39,274 nt of DNA from Patescibacteria group bacterium (GTDB taxonomy: Bacteria > Patescibacteriota > Microgenomatia > UBA10105 > UBA927), in assembly GCA_049322955.1 (NCBI GenBank), contig JBMOPU010000012.1, positions 747,517-786,790 of the forward strand, given 5' to 3'. The notes beneath the pieces are model-generated. The model was not told the DNA's origin, made no database searches, and saw nothing but the letters and a program-made list of their open reading frames with translations. A program made the translations under genes and the position numbers. Shown one piece after another: positions 11,145 to 20,563 of this stretch. How positions within the stretch are numbered: the stretch's first letter is position 1; each line of letters starts with the position of its first letter.

Positions 11145-11202
11145 TGGTAACTCACCTCCTTTTTGTTTGCGGAACTGTTATATCCCGCTTTATTTGTTTA
11201 TA

Positions 11203-11239
11203 AGTATACCCGCAAATAGCCTTGATGCAATATGCATCA
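11203..11239 (-). promoter_or_regulatory. Putative internal atpE promoter (TTGCAT-16-TATACT) with an overlapping 7-3-7 inverted repeat
   Basis: 95-nt atpB-atpE gap; TGATGCA-ATA-TGCATCA (11223-11239) covers the -35. Confidence 0.5.
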
Positions 11240-12172
11240 TCATGCCGCATGTGCGGCTTCCGCATGCTCTTCCTCGCCATGTGATACGGCAACGTTAAAG
11301 AATGCGGTCGAAAGCATGGAGAACACGAGCGCCTGAACGACGCCTACAAAAAGTTCCATCATCAAGAACGGGAGCGGCACGACGAACGGAATCAAAAATG
11401 CCAAAACGGCAAGCAACACCTCGCCGGCAAAGATGTTTCCGAACAAACGGAAGGCAAACGACACTACCTTCGAGATATCGGAAGCAAGCTCCAAAATGCC
11501 TACTCCGAACATAATAGGATCCTTAAAGTTAATAAACCTAGAGGAATAATGGAATCCCAAATTCTTAAACCCGTAGTACTGCATGGCCAGTACCGAAATG
11601 ATGGCAAGCGCAAGCGTCAGATTCAAATCCGCGGTGGCGGCACGGAACAGCGGAACAAATTTCGGTCCTCCGTGACCGTTCTCTGCACTCGCGGTAGCCG
11701 CAGTGGTGGATTCCGCATGGGTGGCATCGGCGGTCGGCTCTTCATGGGTGTCTTCAACGACCTTTGCGGGAGCGTGGGAATCCTCAACGACGACCGGCGC
11801 CGTTTCGGCGGAAGGTACCGTTTCATGCGCCGCTTCCGCAGTCTCTTCGGTGCGGAAATAGCCGATGGTACCAACACCGGGGAGAAGACCCACCCAGTTG
11901 GCAATCAGAATAAACAGAAAAAATGTCGCAACTAAGGGGAAAAACTGTTTTACATGCTTGCCGGCAATGGCGGAGAAAAAGTCATAGAGCCCTCCGACCA
12001 GCATCTCAGCCAAAAGCTGAAGGTTACCGGGAATCATTTTCATATTGCGGGTGGCCAAAACGGAGAAAATGATGAGTATCGCCATGACGATGAAGGTCGT
12101 CAAAAGCGAATTAGAAATGGACAGTCCATAGACTGTCCAGAGTCGTTCTGCCGCAAGCGATATATGCAACAT
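11240..12172 (-). CDS. atpB: Fo subunit a with long His/acidic loop insertion
   Basis: FFLFILIANWVGLLPG, ATADLNLT, conserved Arg in SFAFRLFGNIFAGE, ELFVGVVQALVF. Confidence 0.97.
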   Translation of the reverse strand: MLHISLAAERLWTVYGLSISNSLLTTFIVMAILIIFSVLATRNMKMIPGNLQLLAEMLVGGLYDFFSAIAGKHVKQFFPLVATFFLFILIANWVGLLPGVGTIGYFRTEETAEAAHETVPSAETAPVVVEDSHAPAKVVEDTHEEPTADATHAESTTAATASAENGHGGPKFVPLFRAATADLNLTLALAIISVLAMQYYGFKNLGFHYSSRFINFKDPIMFGVGILELASDISKVVSFAFRLFGNIFAGEVLLAVLAFLIPFVVPLPFLMMELFVGVVQALVFSMLSTAFFNVAVSHGEEEHAEAAHAA

Positions 12173-12203
12173 AATAAGTACGTATTATCCGATAACTGCG
12201 CTA

Positions 12204-12527
12204 TTATCTCTTACTGACCACATCACGCACAATACGTATCAGTGATGCACATGATAAGAGTAATCCAAGGCCAAACAAAACCAGTGTGGCGGTCGGCTTG
12301 GTACCGAATCGTTCGTCTATTTTGACGCCTCCGATCAGACCTGCCACCATCGGAAGAGCAACGTCAAACCCTATCTCCCCCGCAAGCGACGCATACTGCC
12401 ATCCGTTCCCTGTCGACTTTTTCTTTTCGGGAACTTTGATTTTTCGGGGTCGGATACCGGTTTCCACGTCTTCTAAAATGACGTCAAAATGCTCTCCCTC
12501 CGGATATTCACTTTTTTTGTCAGACAT
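12204..12527 (-). CDS. atpZ: AtpZ/AtpI-family (ATPase gene 1) protein
   Basis: Two TM helices flanking GVKIDERFGTKP, directly before atpB. Start placed at ATG 12527 by the promoter below. Confidence 0.82.
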   Translation of the reverse strand: MSDKKSEYPEGEHFDVILEDVETGIRPRKIKVPEKKKSTGNGWQYASLAGEIGFDVALPMVAGLIGGVKIDERFGTKPTATLVLFGLGLLLSCASLIRIVRDVVSKR

Positions 12528-12532
12528 AGGTA

Positions 12533-12560
12533 ATTGTATCACTCATGTTTCACCCGTCAA
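12533..12560 (-). promoter_or_regulatory. atp operon promoter TTGACG-16-TGaTACAAT, 5 nt before ATG 12527
   Basis: -35 overlaps the dnaE TGA stop; extended -10. Confidence 0.6.
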
Positions 12561-15500
12561 TCGGATAATCCCCGGTCCTGTGACATATCGATGGAGCGGA
12601 CGTCGTCCGCAAGCAGTACGAGCCGATCATCTTTTTGATCAACCTTTGCCGATATCATGACCGCGGCATCCCTCACCCATAACGACATGGTGCGGGCATA
12701 CAGCTTCGGGAAAATCACTACCTCCATACCGCTTGAAAGATCCTCAAGTCTGATAAATGCCATCTCGGCATTACTTTTTTTTGTCACAATTTTCTTAATT
12801 TGAGTGACGAGTCCCACCACTTGCACTTTGTCCCCCACACGTTCCTCATTAATTTGTGCCAGCGGAACAACCTCATCCTTTTGTGCCATACGGGCAATTG
12901 TTTTTTCCAACGGATGAGCGGTGAGGTAAAACCCCAGGAGCTCCTTTTCAAACGACAAAAGTTCGTGACTTGAAAGTTCTTCAACCTTCGGAAGCTGTTC
13001 CGTCACCGCCTTTTGCTCGGCACTTCCGCCCTCGTCAAACAATCCGAATTGTCCTACCGAGGCGGCTTTGCGCTCTTTGTGGATCTGATCAAGCATGGTT
13101 TCCACCGCGGCAAGGAGTGCCGATCGTGAACCGAACATGTCCATAGCGCCCGCCCGCATGAGACTTTCGAGCGTTTTTTTGTTCACCTTCGATACATCCA
13201 CTCTCCGCAAAAAATCGGCAAGCGAAGTGAACTTGCCGTCCAGTTTTCTTGCCTTTAATATGCTGTCGATCGCCGCTTCCCCGACATTTTTGATGGCGGA
13301 AAGTCCGAAACGGATATTGCCTTTTTCCACCGTAAATTCGATATCGGAGGTGTTTATGTCGGGAGGCAATAACGCAATCCCCATGCGCTTGCACTCGGCT
13401 ACGATCATGGCGATTTTTTCGTTTCGCGTATCTCCCGTGTTGGCGCGCGATTCCGCGGTCAGCACCGCCGTCATGTATTCTACGGGATAGTTTGCTTTAA
13501 GATATGCCGTCTGATAGGCGATGACGGCATAACACGCGGCATGTGCCTTGTTAAATCCGTATCCTGCAAACGGCTCGATAAGATGGAATATGTCTTCCGC
13601 TTTGTGCCGAGATATGCCGTTTTTGATACACCCTTCGATAAACTTTTCCTGCTGTTTCTTCATTTCGGAAGCAATCTTTTTCCCTACGGCTTTCCGAAGC
13701 TTATCGGCGTCTCCCCATGAATATCCCGCCAGTGTTATGGCGGTTAAGAGAACGTCGTCCTGATAGCAGATCAACCCGTAGGATTGTTTCAACACATCCT
13801 TCAGTTTCGGATCGGGATACGTGATGCTTTGCGGATTATTTTTTCGCTCGATATACTGCGGGATCACCTGCATGGGCCCCGGACGGAATAACGCCACCAT
13901 CGCCATGAGGTCGTATATGGTCGTGGGTTTCAATTCCTTGATATAACGACGCATACCGGCGGATTCAAGCTGGAATACCCCGGTCGTTTCGCCGATGGAA
14001 AGCATCTCATACGTTTTTTTGTCCGTTAACGGAATGGAATATAAATCGATCGTTTTCCCTTTTACCTCTTCGATAAACTTGAGTGCCGCCGCCATGATGG
14101 TTAAGTTTCGTAGTCCCAAAAAGTCCATTTTCATGAGCCCCACGCCGTCTTCACCGACCGTGTACATGTCATACTGGGTTACCACCCTGTCTCCTTTGCT
14201 TTCACGCTGAAGCGGAGTGTACTCGACGAGCGGTTTGTCCGCGATAACAACTCCCGCCGCATGTACGGAGGCATGGCGGGCAACCCCTTCGAGTTTTTTG
14301 GCGACATCAAGTAACCGCTTGGTTTCCGGCTCAGCCCGATAGGCGGAGGAAAGTTCGGGCGAAATATCAATCGCCTTATCAATCGTCATACTTGCTCCCT
14401 GCGCTCCCGGCGGAATCATTTTGGAGATGCGATCGGGTTGGGCATACGGCATACCAAGCGCGCGCCCCGCGTCACGGACCGCTCCCCGGGCTTCCATGGT
14501 ACCGAAGGTGATGATCTGGGCAACTTTATCGTCCCCATACTTTGCCGTCACATAGGCAATTACTTCATCGCGCCTGTCGTCGGCAAAATCCAGATCGATA
14601 TCGGGAGGACTCGGCCGGAACGGATTTAAAAAGCGTTCAAACGGCAATCCGAAAAGAAACGGATCGATACCCGTGATATTTAATATGTAGGAAATGACGC
14701 TTCCCGCGGCCGAACCTCTTCCGGGACCCACCCCGATTTTTTGCGATTTGGCCCAATTGACGAAATCCTGCACAATCAAAAAATAGGTCGAATAACCTTT
14801 TTTCGTGATAATGTCGAGCTCGTATTCGATGCGTTCCTTGATCGTGTCGGTCACTTCCTTGTACTTACCCGGCAGTCGCTCATACACCATCTCCCGAAGG
14901 TATTGTTCGGGCTTTTTGTCATCGGGAACGGGAAATCGGGGGAGAATCCACTTCCCCACCGAGAGGGTGATGTTGCAACGCTCGGCAATTTTTACCGTGT
15001 TTTCGATTGCCTCGGGATATTGTGCAAAAAGCTCTATCATTTCTTCCTGACTCCGAAGATAAAAATCAGGGGATTCCATCATGGAAAGCGGACGGTTTTT
15101 TTCGATGATCGTCCGTTGGGTTTGGACGCAGAGCAATATTTCCTGCGCCTCGGCATCGTCTGCATTTACATAGTGCACGTCGTTGGTCGCAACCAACGGC
15201 AATCCCAACTTTCTGGCGAGAGCGACGAGTTTTTCATTGGTGCGTTCAATTTCGGGAATATGCGGGTGCTTCTGAAGCTCGATGTAATAATGATCCGGAC
15301 CGAACAATTCAGCGTATTTGGCCGCGACCTCTTCCGCCTCCCTGATTTTGTCCTGCATAAGCAACTGCGGCACCTGACCGGCAAGGCAGGCGGACAAACA
15401 GATGATGCCTTCGTGGTGCTTGGTCAGCAGATCCCAATCTATGCGCGGCTTGTAATAATAGCCGTCCAAGTGCGCATGCGTTACGAGCTTCATCAGATTA

Positions 15501-15799
15501 CGATACCCTTCCTCGTTCTCCGCCAGGAGTACCAGATGATACGGATCGGTATCAATCTTGCCTTCCTTGTCGAGCCTGCTTCTTCGCGCGACATACGTTT
15601 CGACACCAAGAATGGGCTTAATTCCCGCCGCTTTTGCTTTGAGGTAGAATTTGAAGCTTCCGTACATCGCCCCGTGATCGGTAACGGCCAGCGTATCCAT
15701 CCCGAGTTCCTTGGCGCGCGCGATGAGAAGATCAAGTTTGCCGAGTCCATCCAGCAGGGAAAATTCGCTGTGGACATGAAGATGTACGAATTTTGCCAT
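12557..15799 (-). CDS. dnaE: DNA polymerase III alpha subunit (DnaE1-like)
   Basis: PHP domain HLHVHSEFSLLDG, GRGSAAGS, catalytic PDIDLDF and KMDFLGL, YGFNKAHA, clamp motif QFGLF, OB fold. Confidence 0.98.
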   Translation of the reverse strand: MAKFVHLHVHSEFSLLDGLGKLDLLIARAKELGMDTLAVTDHGAMYGSFKFYLKAKAAGIKPILGVETYVARRSRLDKEGKIDTDPYHLVLLAENEEGYRNLMKLVTHAHLDGYYYKPRIDWDLLTKHHEGIICLSACLAGQVPQLLMQDKIREAEEVAAKYAELFGPDHYYIELQKHPHIPEIERTNEKLVALARKLGLPLVATNDVHYVNADDAEAQEILLCVQTQRTIIEKNRPLSMMESPDFYLRSQEEMIELFAQYPEAIENTVKIAERCNITLSVGKWILPRFPVPDDKKPEQYLREMVYERLPGKYKEVTDTIKERIEYELDIITKKGYSTYFLIVQDFVNWAKSQKIGVGPGRGSAAGSVISYILNITGIDPFLFGLPFERFLNPFRPSPPDIDLDFADDRRDEVIAYVTAKYGDDKVAQIITFGTMEARGAVRDAGRALGMPYAQPDRISKMIPPGAQGASMTIDKAIDISPELSSAYRAEPETKRLLDVAKKLEGVARHASVHAAGVVIADKPLVEYTPLQRESKGDRVVTQYDMYTVGEDGVGLMKMDFLGLRNLTIMAAALKFIEEVKGKTIDLYSIPLTDKKTYEMLSIGETTGVFQLESAGMRRYIKELKPTTIYDLMAMVALFRPGPMQVIPQYIERKNNPQSITYPDPKLKDVLKQSYGLICYQDDVLLTAITLAGYSWGDADKLRKAVGKKIASEMKKQQEKFIEGCIKNGISRHKAEDIFHLIEPFAGYGFNKAHAACYAVIAYQTAYLKANYPVEYMTAVLTAESRANTGDTRNEKIAMIVAECKRMGIALLPPDINTSDIEFTVEKGNIRFGLSAIKNVGEAAIDSILKARKLDGKFTSLADFLRRVDVSKVNKKTLESLMRAGAMDMFGSRSALLAAVETMLDQIHKERKAASVGQFGLFDEGGSAEQKAVTEQLPKVEELSSHELLSFEKELLGFYLTAHPLEKTIARMAQKDEVVPLAQINEERVGDKVQVVGLVTQIKKIVTKKSNAEMAFIRLEDLSSGMEVVIFPKLYARTMSLWVRDAAVMISAKVDQKDDRLVLLADDVRSIDMSQDRGLSD

Positions 15800-15801
15800 G
15801 A

Positions 15802-17124
15802 TTATAATTTACTTGAGAGAAGCTCCATGACTTTTTGTTTGTCACCTTTTCCCGCCAGTTTTCGGAGCACCATGCCGTACAAAAACATCTTGGATTGTTC
15901 TTTGCCCGCTTTATAGTCCGCTACCGCTTTGGGGTTTTCAGCAAGGACACCGTCTATGGCTTCAAGAACGACACTATCATCGATAGCATGTACCTGTTTG
16001 CTTGTGATGATATCACGCGCAACCGATTCACCGGTCACCGCGGCCGTATCGGCAACTTTATTGATAATCCAGTTTGCGGCAACGGTACCCGGTATCTTCG
16101 CATCCAGAATATCGGATCGATGCATCACCTCCGCAAACAGCGCCATCTTTTCAAAATCATCGGCAAGTGTGCTTGCCTGTGTATCATTTAAACCGAAAGT
16201 TTCTTTGACTTCCTTTTTATAGGCGTCGGGCAGTTGGGGCATTGCGGCACGAATTTTCGCAATATCTTCATCGGTAAAGCGAAGCGGCGGAATATCAGGT
16301 TCCGGAAAGTATCGGTAATCGGCCGCTTCTTCTTTACTGCGTTGGGAAACGGTTGCATTTTTTGCTTCATCCCACCCGCGAGTTTCTTGCACGGGGAGCT
16401 TCCCACTGTCCAATATCGCGGTATGACGCTTGATTTCATATTCGATGGCGGCCGCGGCGAATCGGAACGAATTAATGTTTTTGACTTCCACTTTGTATGG
16501 AGGCAGTCCCGTCTCACCCACTTCACGAAGAGAAATATTGGGTTCCAACCGCATGGAACCTTTTTCCATATCTGCATCCGATATACCCAAATATCGCACG
16601 ATCTGGTGCAGTTTCTTTAGGAATTCCTTCGCTTGCGCACTACTGCGAATATCCGCTTCCGTGACGATTTCGACAAGCGGCACTCCCGAGCGGTTAAAGT
16701 CCACGAGCGTCACCTTTTTTCCATTTACGACGGCGTGTTGCAGTTTGCCCGTATCTTCCTCAAGATGTACGCGATGAATCCTGACGTCGCCAAAAGACGT
16801 CGGAATCACCCCGCCGCGGCACAGCGGTTGGTCATATTGGGAAATTTGATATCCCTTGGGGAGATCGGGATAAAAATAATGTTTGCGATCAAACTTGGAT
16901 TCCTTGGCAATCGTGCTCCCGAGCGCTAACCCCAACATAATCGTCCACTCGACCGCTTTTTTGTTGGGGGTGGGCAATGCTCCGGGATATCCTAAACAGA
17001 CCGGACACGTACCGGTGTTCGGCGGTTTGCCGAAATGATCGGCAGGACAGCCGCAGAACATACCGCTTTTGGTTTTTAGCTCGACATGTATTTCCAGTCC
17101 GATAATCGGTTCGTACGTATTCAT
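15802..17124 (-). CDS. gatB: Asp/Glu-tRNA amidotransferase subunit B
   Basis: YEPIIGLEIHVEL, RKHYFYPDLPKGYQISQ, HLEEDTGK, VEVKNINSF, DYRYFPEPD; start at ATG 17124 just after the gatA stop. Confidence 0.97.
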   Translation of the reverse strand: MNTYEPIIGLEIHVELKTKSGMFCGCPADHFGKPPNTGTCPVCLGYPGALPTPNKKAVEWTIMLGLALGSTIAKESKFDRKHYFYPDLPKGYQISQYDQPLCRGGVIPTSFGDVRIHRVHLEEDTGKLQHAVVNGKKVTLVDFNRSGVPLVEIVTEADIRSSAQAKEFLKKLHQIVRYLGISDADMEKGSMRLEPNISLREVGETGLPPYKVEVKNINSFRFAAAAIEYEIKRHTAILDSGKLPVQETRGWDEAKNATVSQRSKEEAADYRYFPEPDIPPLRFTDEDIAKIRAAMPQLPDAYKKEVKETFGLNDTQASTLADDFEKMALFAEVMHRSDILDAKIPGTVAANWIINKVADTAAVTGESVARDIITSKQVHAIDDSVVLEAIDGVLAENPKAVADYKAGKEQSKMFLYGMVLRKLAGKGDKQKVMELLSSKL

Positions 17125-17126
17125 AG

Positions 17127-18542
17127 TTATTTTTGTACCCACGGATTCCATCGGGTCGCCTGTTCAAAAGCATACGCCGCCCGGATAACTTTTTCTTCCT
17201 GCCATTGGTCACCGGTAATGTTGAGACCAAGATACAAATTTGTCTCCGGATCCCGCATGCACGGAATGTTGATGCCGGTAAGACCGGCTATAGAACTCGC
17301 TTCAAGTAACATATCTTCCAGTTCGCCGTACAGCGGATTCCCCGCCGTGGCTCCGATCTTTTGGGCAAAACCGGGTGATGTCGGGGAAATAAGCACGTCA
17401 TATTTTTGGAACAGTTCATGATAGTTTTTGACGATGAGACTTCGTACCCGCTGTGCACGGACATATATGTTTTCATCCAGCAGAGCACTTAACGTAAATG
17501 CGCCCAACATAACCCGCCTTTTTGCTTCCATGCCAAACTCCGTCCGTGGATTGCCGTATCGGATACCGTCGTACCGTGCAAGGTTTGAGCTTACCTCACC
17601 CCGTTGTATTACCGTATAAACGGCAATCGCGTAATCGGGGTTAAGGATTGTCCCCGGCTTGATGTCATGGGACACGGGAACCGCGTCCACGTTTGCGCCG
17701 AGTCTTTCAAATACTTTCACCGCATCAAGCACCGCATTTGCCGCTTTTTCTCCGTGCAGTGCCGGATGATCGACATAGCATACGCCGATATGCATACCCC
17801 GTAATTCAGTCGTCAATGCTCGGGTAAAGTCGGGCACGGCGTTCGTCGATGACGTGGCATCATACGGATCATGACCGGCGATGTGGTTTAACACCATCGC
17901 ACAATCTTCTACCGTTTTCCCGATGGGACCGGGACTGTCCGTAGAGGACGCCATGGCAACGATACCCGATCTGCTGACTCTCCCGTACGTCGGCTTCAAC
18001 CCTACGACGCCGCACCACGACGCGGGCTGTCGTATGGATCCCGCCGTTTCCGTGCCGAGTGCCACCGTTGCCATATCTGCCGCGATGGCGGCCGCACTGC
18101 CGCCGCTTGATCCTCCCGGCAGGTATGCAGGATTTCTCGGATTTTTTGTTGCCCCGAAATCGCTTGTTTCCGTGCTACTGCCGTGTGCCCAGGCATCCAT
18201 ATTGGTTTTCCCCACAATGACGCCGCCCGCCGCTTTTAGTTTGCCGGTAACGTGGGATTCTGCTTGCGGGCGAAATCCCTTAAGCACGTTCGAGGAAGCG
18301 GTGGTCTCCAAACCGACGGTGAGGAAATTGTCTTTGACGGCAACCGGTACTCCTGCAAGCGGCGAGTCGAGAAGCGACTCCGCACTTTTTGCCGCTTCCG
18401 TATTTAACGACAGATAGATGTTTAATGCTTCGTTTTTTTCGGCAATTGCATCATTTATGTCGCGGTAGAGCTCAGCATGGGATATCTCTTTTGCCTTGAG
18501 CTTGGTAACGGCTTGTTTTAATGTTAACGAATTAAGTTTCAT
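17127..18542 (-). CDS. gatA: Asp/Glu-tRNA amidotransferase subunit A
   Basis: Amidase signature VAVKDN, PGGSSGGSAAA, GSIRQPA, SSNLARYDGIRYG; true start ATG 18542, since the ORF-track extension overlaps gatC. Confidence 0.97.
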   Translation of the reverse strand: MKLNSLTLKQAVTKLKAKEISHAELYRDINDAIAEKNEALNIYLSLNTEAAKSAESLLDSPLAGVPVAVKDNFLTVGLETTASSNVLKGFRPQAESHVTGKLKAAGGVIVGKTNMDAWAHGSSTETSDFGATKNPRNPAYLPGGSSGGSAAAIAADMATVALGTETAGSIRQPASWCGVVGLKPTYGRVSRSGIVAMASSTDSPGPIGKTVEDCAMVLNHIAGHDPYDATSSTNAVPDFTRALTTELRGMHIGVCYVDHPALHGEKAANAVLDAVKVFERLGANVDAVPVSHDIKPGTILNPDYAIAVYTVIQRGEVSSNLARYDGIRYGNPRTEFGMEAKRRVMLGAFTLSALLDENIYVRAQRVRSLIVKNYHELFQKYDVLISPTSPGFAQKIGATAGNPLYGELEDMLLEASSIAGLTGINIPCMRDPETNLYLGLNITGDQWQEEKVIRAAYAFEQATRWNPWVQK

Positions 18543-18543
18543 A

Positions 18544-18849
18544 TCAATCTTCAAGAATTTGGTCGACGACGAAATATCCGTTATGAATCCTCTTTGCATT
18601 GGCGAGCGCCTCTTCCTGACTGAACATGCGGGACGTATCAACGACGTCTTCACGAAGTACGTTTTCTAAACCCGTCACCTGGCTGGTCGTCGTAGTACCG
18701 CTAACATCAACGTTTTTGAGTTCTTCAACGACGACCATTGTTTTATTAAACCCGTCGGCCAAATCTCCTGCCTGACTATCGGTGATGGGGATTCGGGCTA
18801 TTCCTGCAATCTTTTTAACGTCATCCGATGAGAATTTTGTATTACTCAT
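18544..18849 (-). CDS. gatC: Asp/Glu-tRNA amidotransferase subunit C
   Basis: DVKKIAGIARI...NVLREDVV...EALANA...GYFVV; directly upstream of gatA. Confidence 0.93.
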   Translation of the reverse strand: MSNTKFSSDDVKKIAGIARIPITDSQAGDLADGFNKTMVVVEELKNVDVSGTTTTSQVTGLENVLREDVVDTSRMFSQEEALANAKRIHNGYFVVDQILED

Positions 18850-18855
18850 GGAGCC

Positions 18856-18921
18856 ATTATAGCGGAAATCTCATCATCGTGAAGCGGGTACTTGCAAAAA
18901 TGCCGGCATCTCGGGTAATTT
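18856..18921. promoter_or_regulatory. Divergent promoter pair for gatC (TATAAT, minus) and the hypothetical gene (TTGCAA-18-TAATTT, plus)
   Basis: Each -10 sits exactly 6 nt before its ATG (18849 and 18928). Confidence 0.6.
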
Positions 18922-18927
18922 GTTTAT

Positions 18928-19215
18928 ATGACCAAATATCGCGCGGCAGTTCAGCAAATGCTTGAGGAAAACAAAGAGCTTTTTGACGAGTTTAAACCGA
19001 TCCACGATGCATATGTGCTAAACCCCGCGGCAAACCAAGCCAAATACAACGCCATCGGAGCTAGTGTCATGGACGTCATCCGTGAATACGAACGACGGCT
19101 GTGCGCCAAAATGGGAGCGGGTCAGTACAGCAAATTTTCGATGAATCTTTCCGAAAAGTTTATGGAGGAAATCAAAAATATTTACCCCAAAATCATGTTC
19201 ATCGGGGTGGAATAA
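18928..19215 (+). CDS. Hypothetical helical protein
   Basis: 95-aa ORF exactly filling the gap between gatC and the HAD gene, with its own -10; no motif recognised. Confidence 0.8.
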   Translation: MTKYRAAVQQMLEENKELFDEFKPIHDAYVLNPAANQAKYNAIGASVMDVIREYERRLCAKMGAGQYSKFSMNLSEKFMEEIKNIYPKIMFIGVE

Positions 19216-19216
19216 T

Positions 19217-19837
19217 TTACTTCACTTCTTCGGCGATAAGCCCGCGTTTAATTCGCTCGATCGTTTTTTGCGGATCGCTGGTGTCCATGACGATGCCCTG
19301 CCACCCGCGCGCGGTTGCCGCCGCGACATTTTCCGGGACGTCATCGATAAAGAGAATCTCTTCTGGTGATACTCCCGCCGCTTTTTCCGCTATCTCGTAT
19401 ATTTTCTCTTCGGGTTTGATTACCCCGTGACGGGATGAATCAATAATCGCCGACCAACGAATGTTAGGGATGTGTCCTTTCCGCAGGGAATGATCAAGCA
19501 CTCCCGGTCCCGCATTGGATAAAATGCCTACTTTATGGGTAGCACTGAGAACGCGAGCTAATTCATGCATCGGCGTAACGCTTAAGAAATGATCAGACCA
19601 GAAGTCTCCGGCATCCGCGGGAACATCCGTCATCCCTAACGCATCCGCAAATAATTGCATATATTGCGCAGGAGATATGTTGCCGCGACATTCCTCGCGC
19701 CAGTTGTTTTCAAACACCGCAAGCACGGATTCGTAGGGTACGTTGTATTGTGCCGCCACCTTTTTGTGCGCATGCACAAAATTTAACAGCACTCCCCCCA
19801 CGTCAAAATAAATAAATTTAATCGGCGTTTTTTTCAT
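19217..19837 (-). CDS. HAD-superfamily hydrolase (YihX-like DxGG variant)
   Basis: FDVGGVL, ILSN, KPEEKIY, LFIDDVPEN. Confidence 0.92.
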   Translation of the reverse strand: MKKTPIKFIYFDVGGVLLNFVHAHKKVAAQYNVPYESVLAVFENNWREECRGNISPAQYMQLFADALGMTDVPADAGDFWSDHFLSVTPMHELARVLSATHKVGILSNAGPGVLDHSLRKGHIPNIRWSAIIDSSRHGVIKPEEKIYEIAEKAAGVSPEEILFIDDVPENVAAATARGWQGIVMDTSDPQKTIERIKRGLIAEEVK

Positions 19838-19840
19838 GAA

Positions 19841-20563
19841 TCAGCGTACGGAAGCATTTGCTTCATGTTCAAGGGCATCATCAAGAGGAGCTAATTGTCC
19901 CACAACTTTGGAAAGGAGCCAATCGGCAATCGCGGGATTTTTGGGAAGCAAGGGCCCGTGGAAATACGATCCGATGGAGTTTTTGTACGTCGCTCCCTCA
20001 TACCCGTCACTGCCGTTGTTGCCGCCGCCACTGATCACTTTTGCTAGCGGCTTCATGCCCGCTCCCAACGTGGTATAGCCACCGTGATTTTCAAACCCGA
20101 CAATCGTCGTCCCCGCAAGTTCGGGAGGGTTAATGATTTCGGCAACCGTGTTGCCGATGAGGCGTTTTGCCTGATCTCCCGGGTGTTCGGTGATTAAATC
20201 CCATATACCCGCTCCGGGAATCGGATCTCCCTGGTACGGTTTGTAATACCTCCCTACGAACTGGTAGGCGGCGCACACAAAGAGTGCGGGTGTCCCCTTT
20301 TCGACCATCTTCTTGACAATCGGCCCTTTGCGACGGATAAAATCTTCACCGGCAAGTTTTTGTTGCCTGTCCTGCGCTCCTCCCATAAAGACGATGTCGC
20401 AAGAAGCAAGTTTGGCGGTAGCAGTCTCGAGCGTCACCGGCACCACTTCAACCGGGATATTTCGCCACTCGCACCGTTTGCGAAGTGCTATCACGTTCCC
20501 CCGGTCGCCGTACGTGCTCATCAGATCAGGATATAACCAAGCGATACGGAGACGTGAGTTCAT
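19841..20563 (-). CDS. gatD: Lipid II isoglutaminyl synthase, glutaminase subunit (CobQ-like)
   Basis: LYPDLMSTYGDRGN, GGAQD, catalytic Cys in VCAAYQ, GFENHGG, YFHGPLLPKN; ATGA overlap with murT. Confidence 0.92.
   Translation of the reverse strand: MNSRLRIAWLYPDLMSTYGDRGNVIALRKRCEWRNIPVEVVPVTLETATAKLASCDIVFMGGAQDRQQKLAGEDFIRRKGPIVKKMVEKGTPALFVCAAYQFVGRYYKPYQGDPIPGAGIWDLITEHPGDQAKRLIGNTVAEIINPPELAGTTIVGFENHGGYTTLGAGMKPLAKVISGGGNNGSDGYEGATYKNSIGSYFHGPLLPKNPAIADWLLSKVVGQLAPLDDALEHEANASVR

Noticed and set aside
14741-15916. 391-aa plus-strand ORF
   Set aside because: Antisense shadow of dnaE; no motifs or RBS, and composition typical of reverse-frame ORFs.
18543-18653. ORF-track N-terminal extension of GatA (likewise GatB, MurT, YraN, AtpZ, DUF305)
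   Set aside because: Extensions overlap upstream genes or promoters; downstream starts fit family N-termini and -10/SD positions.
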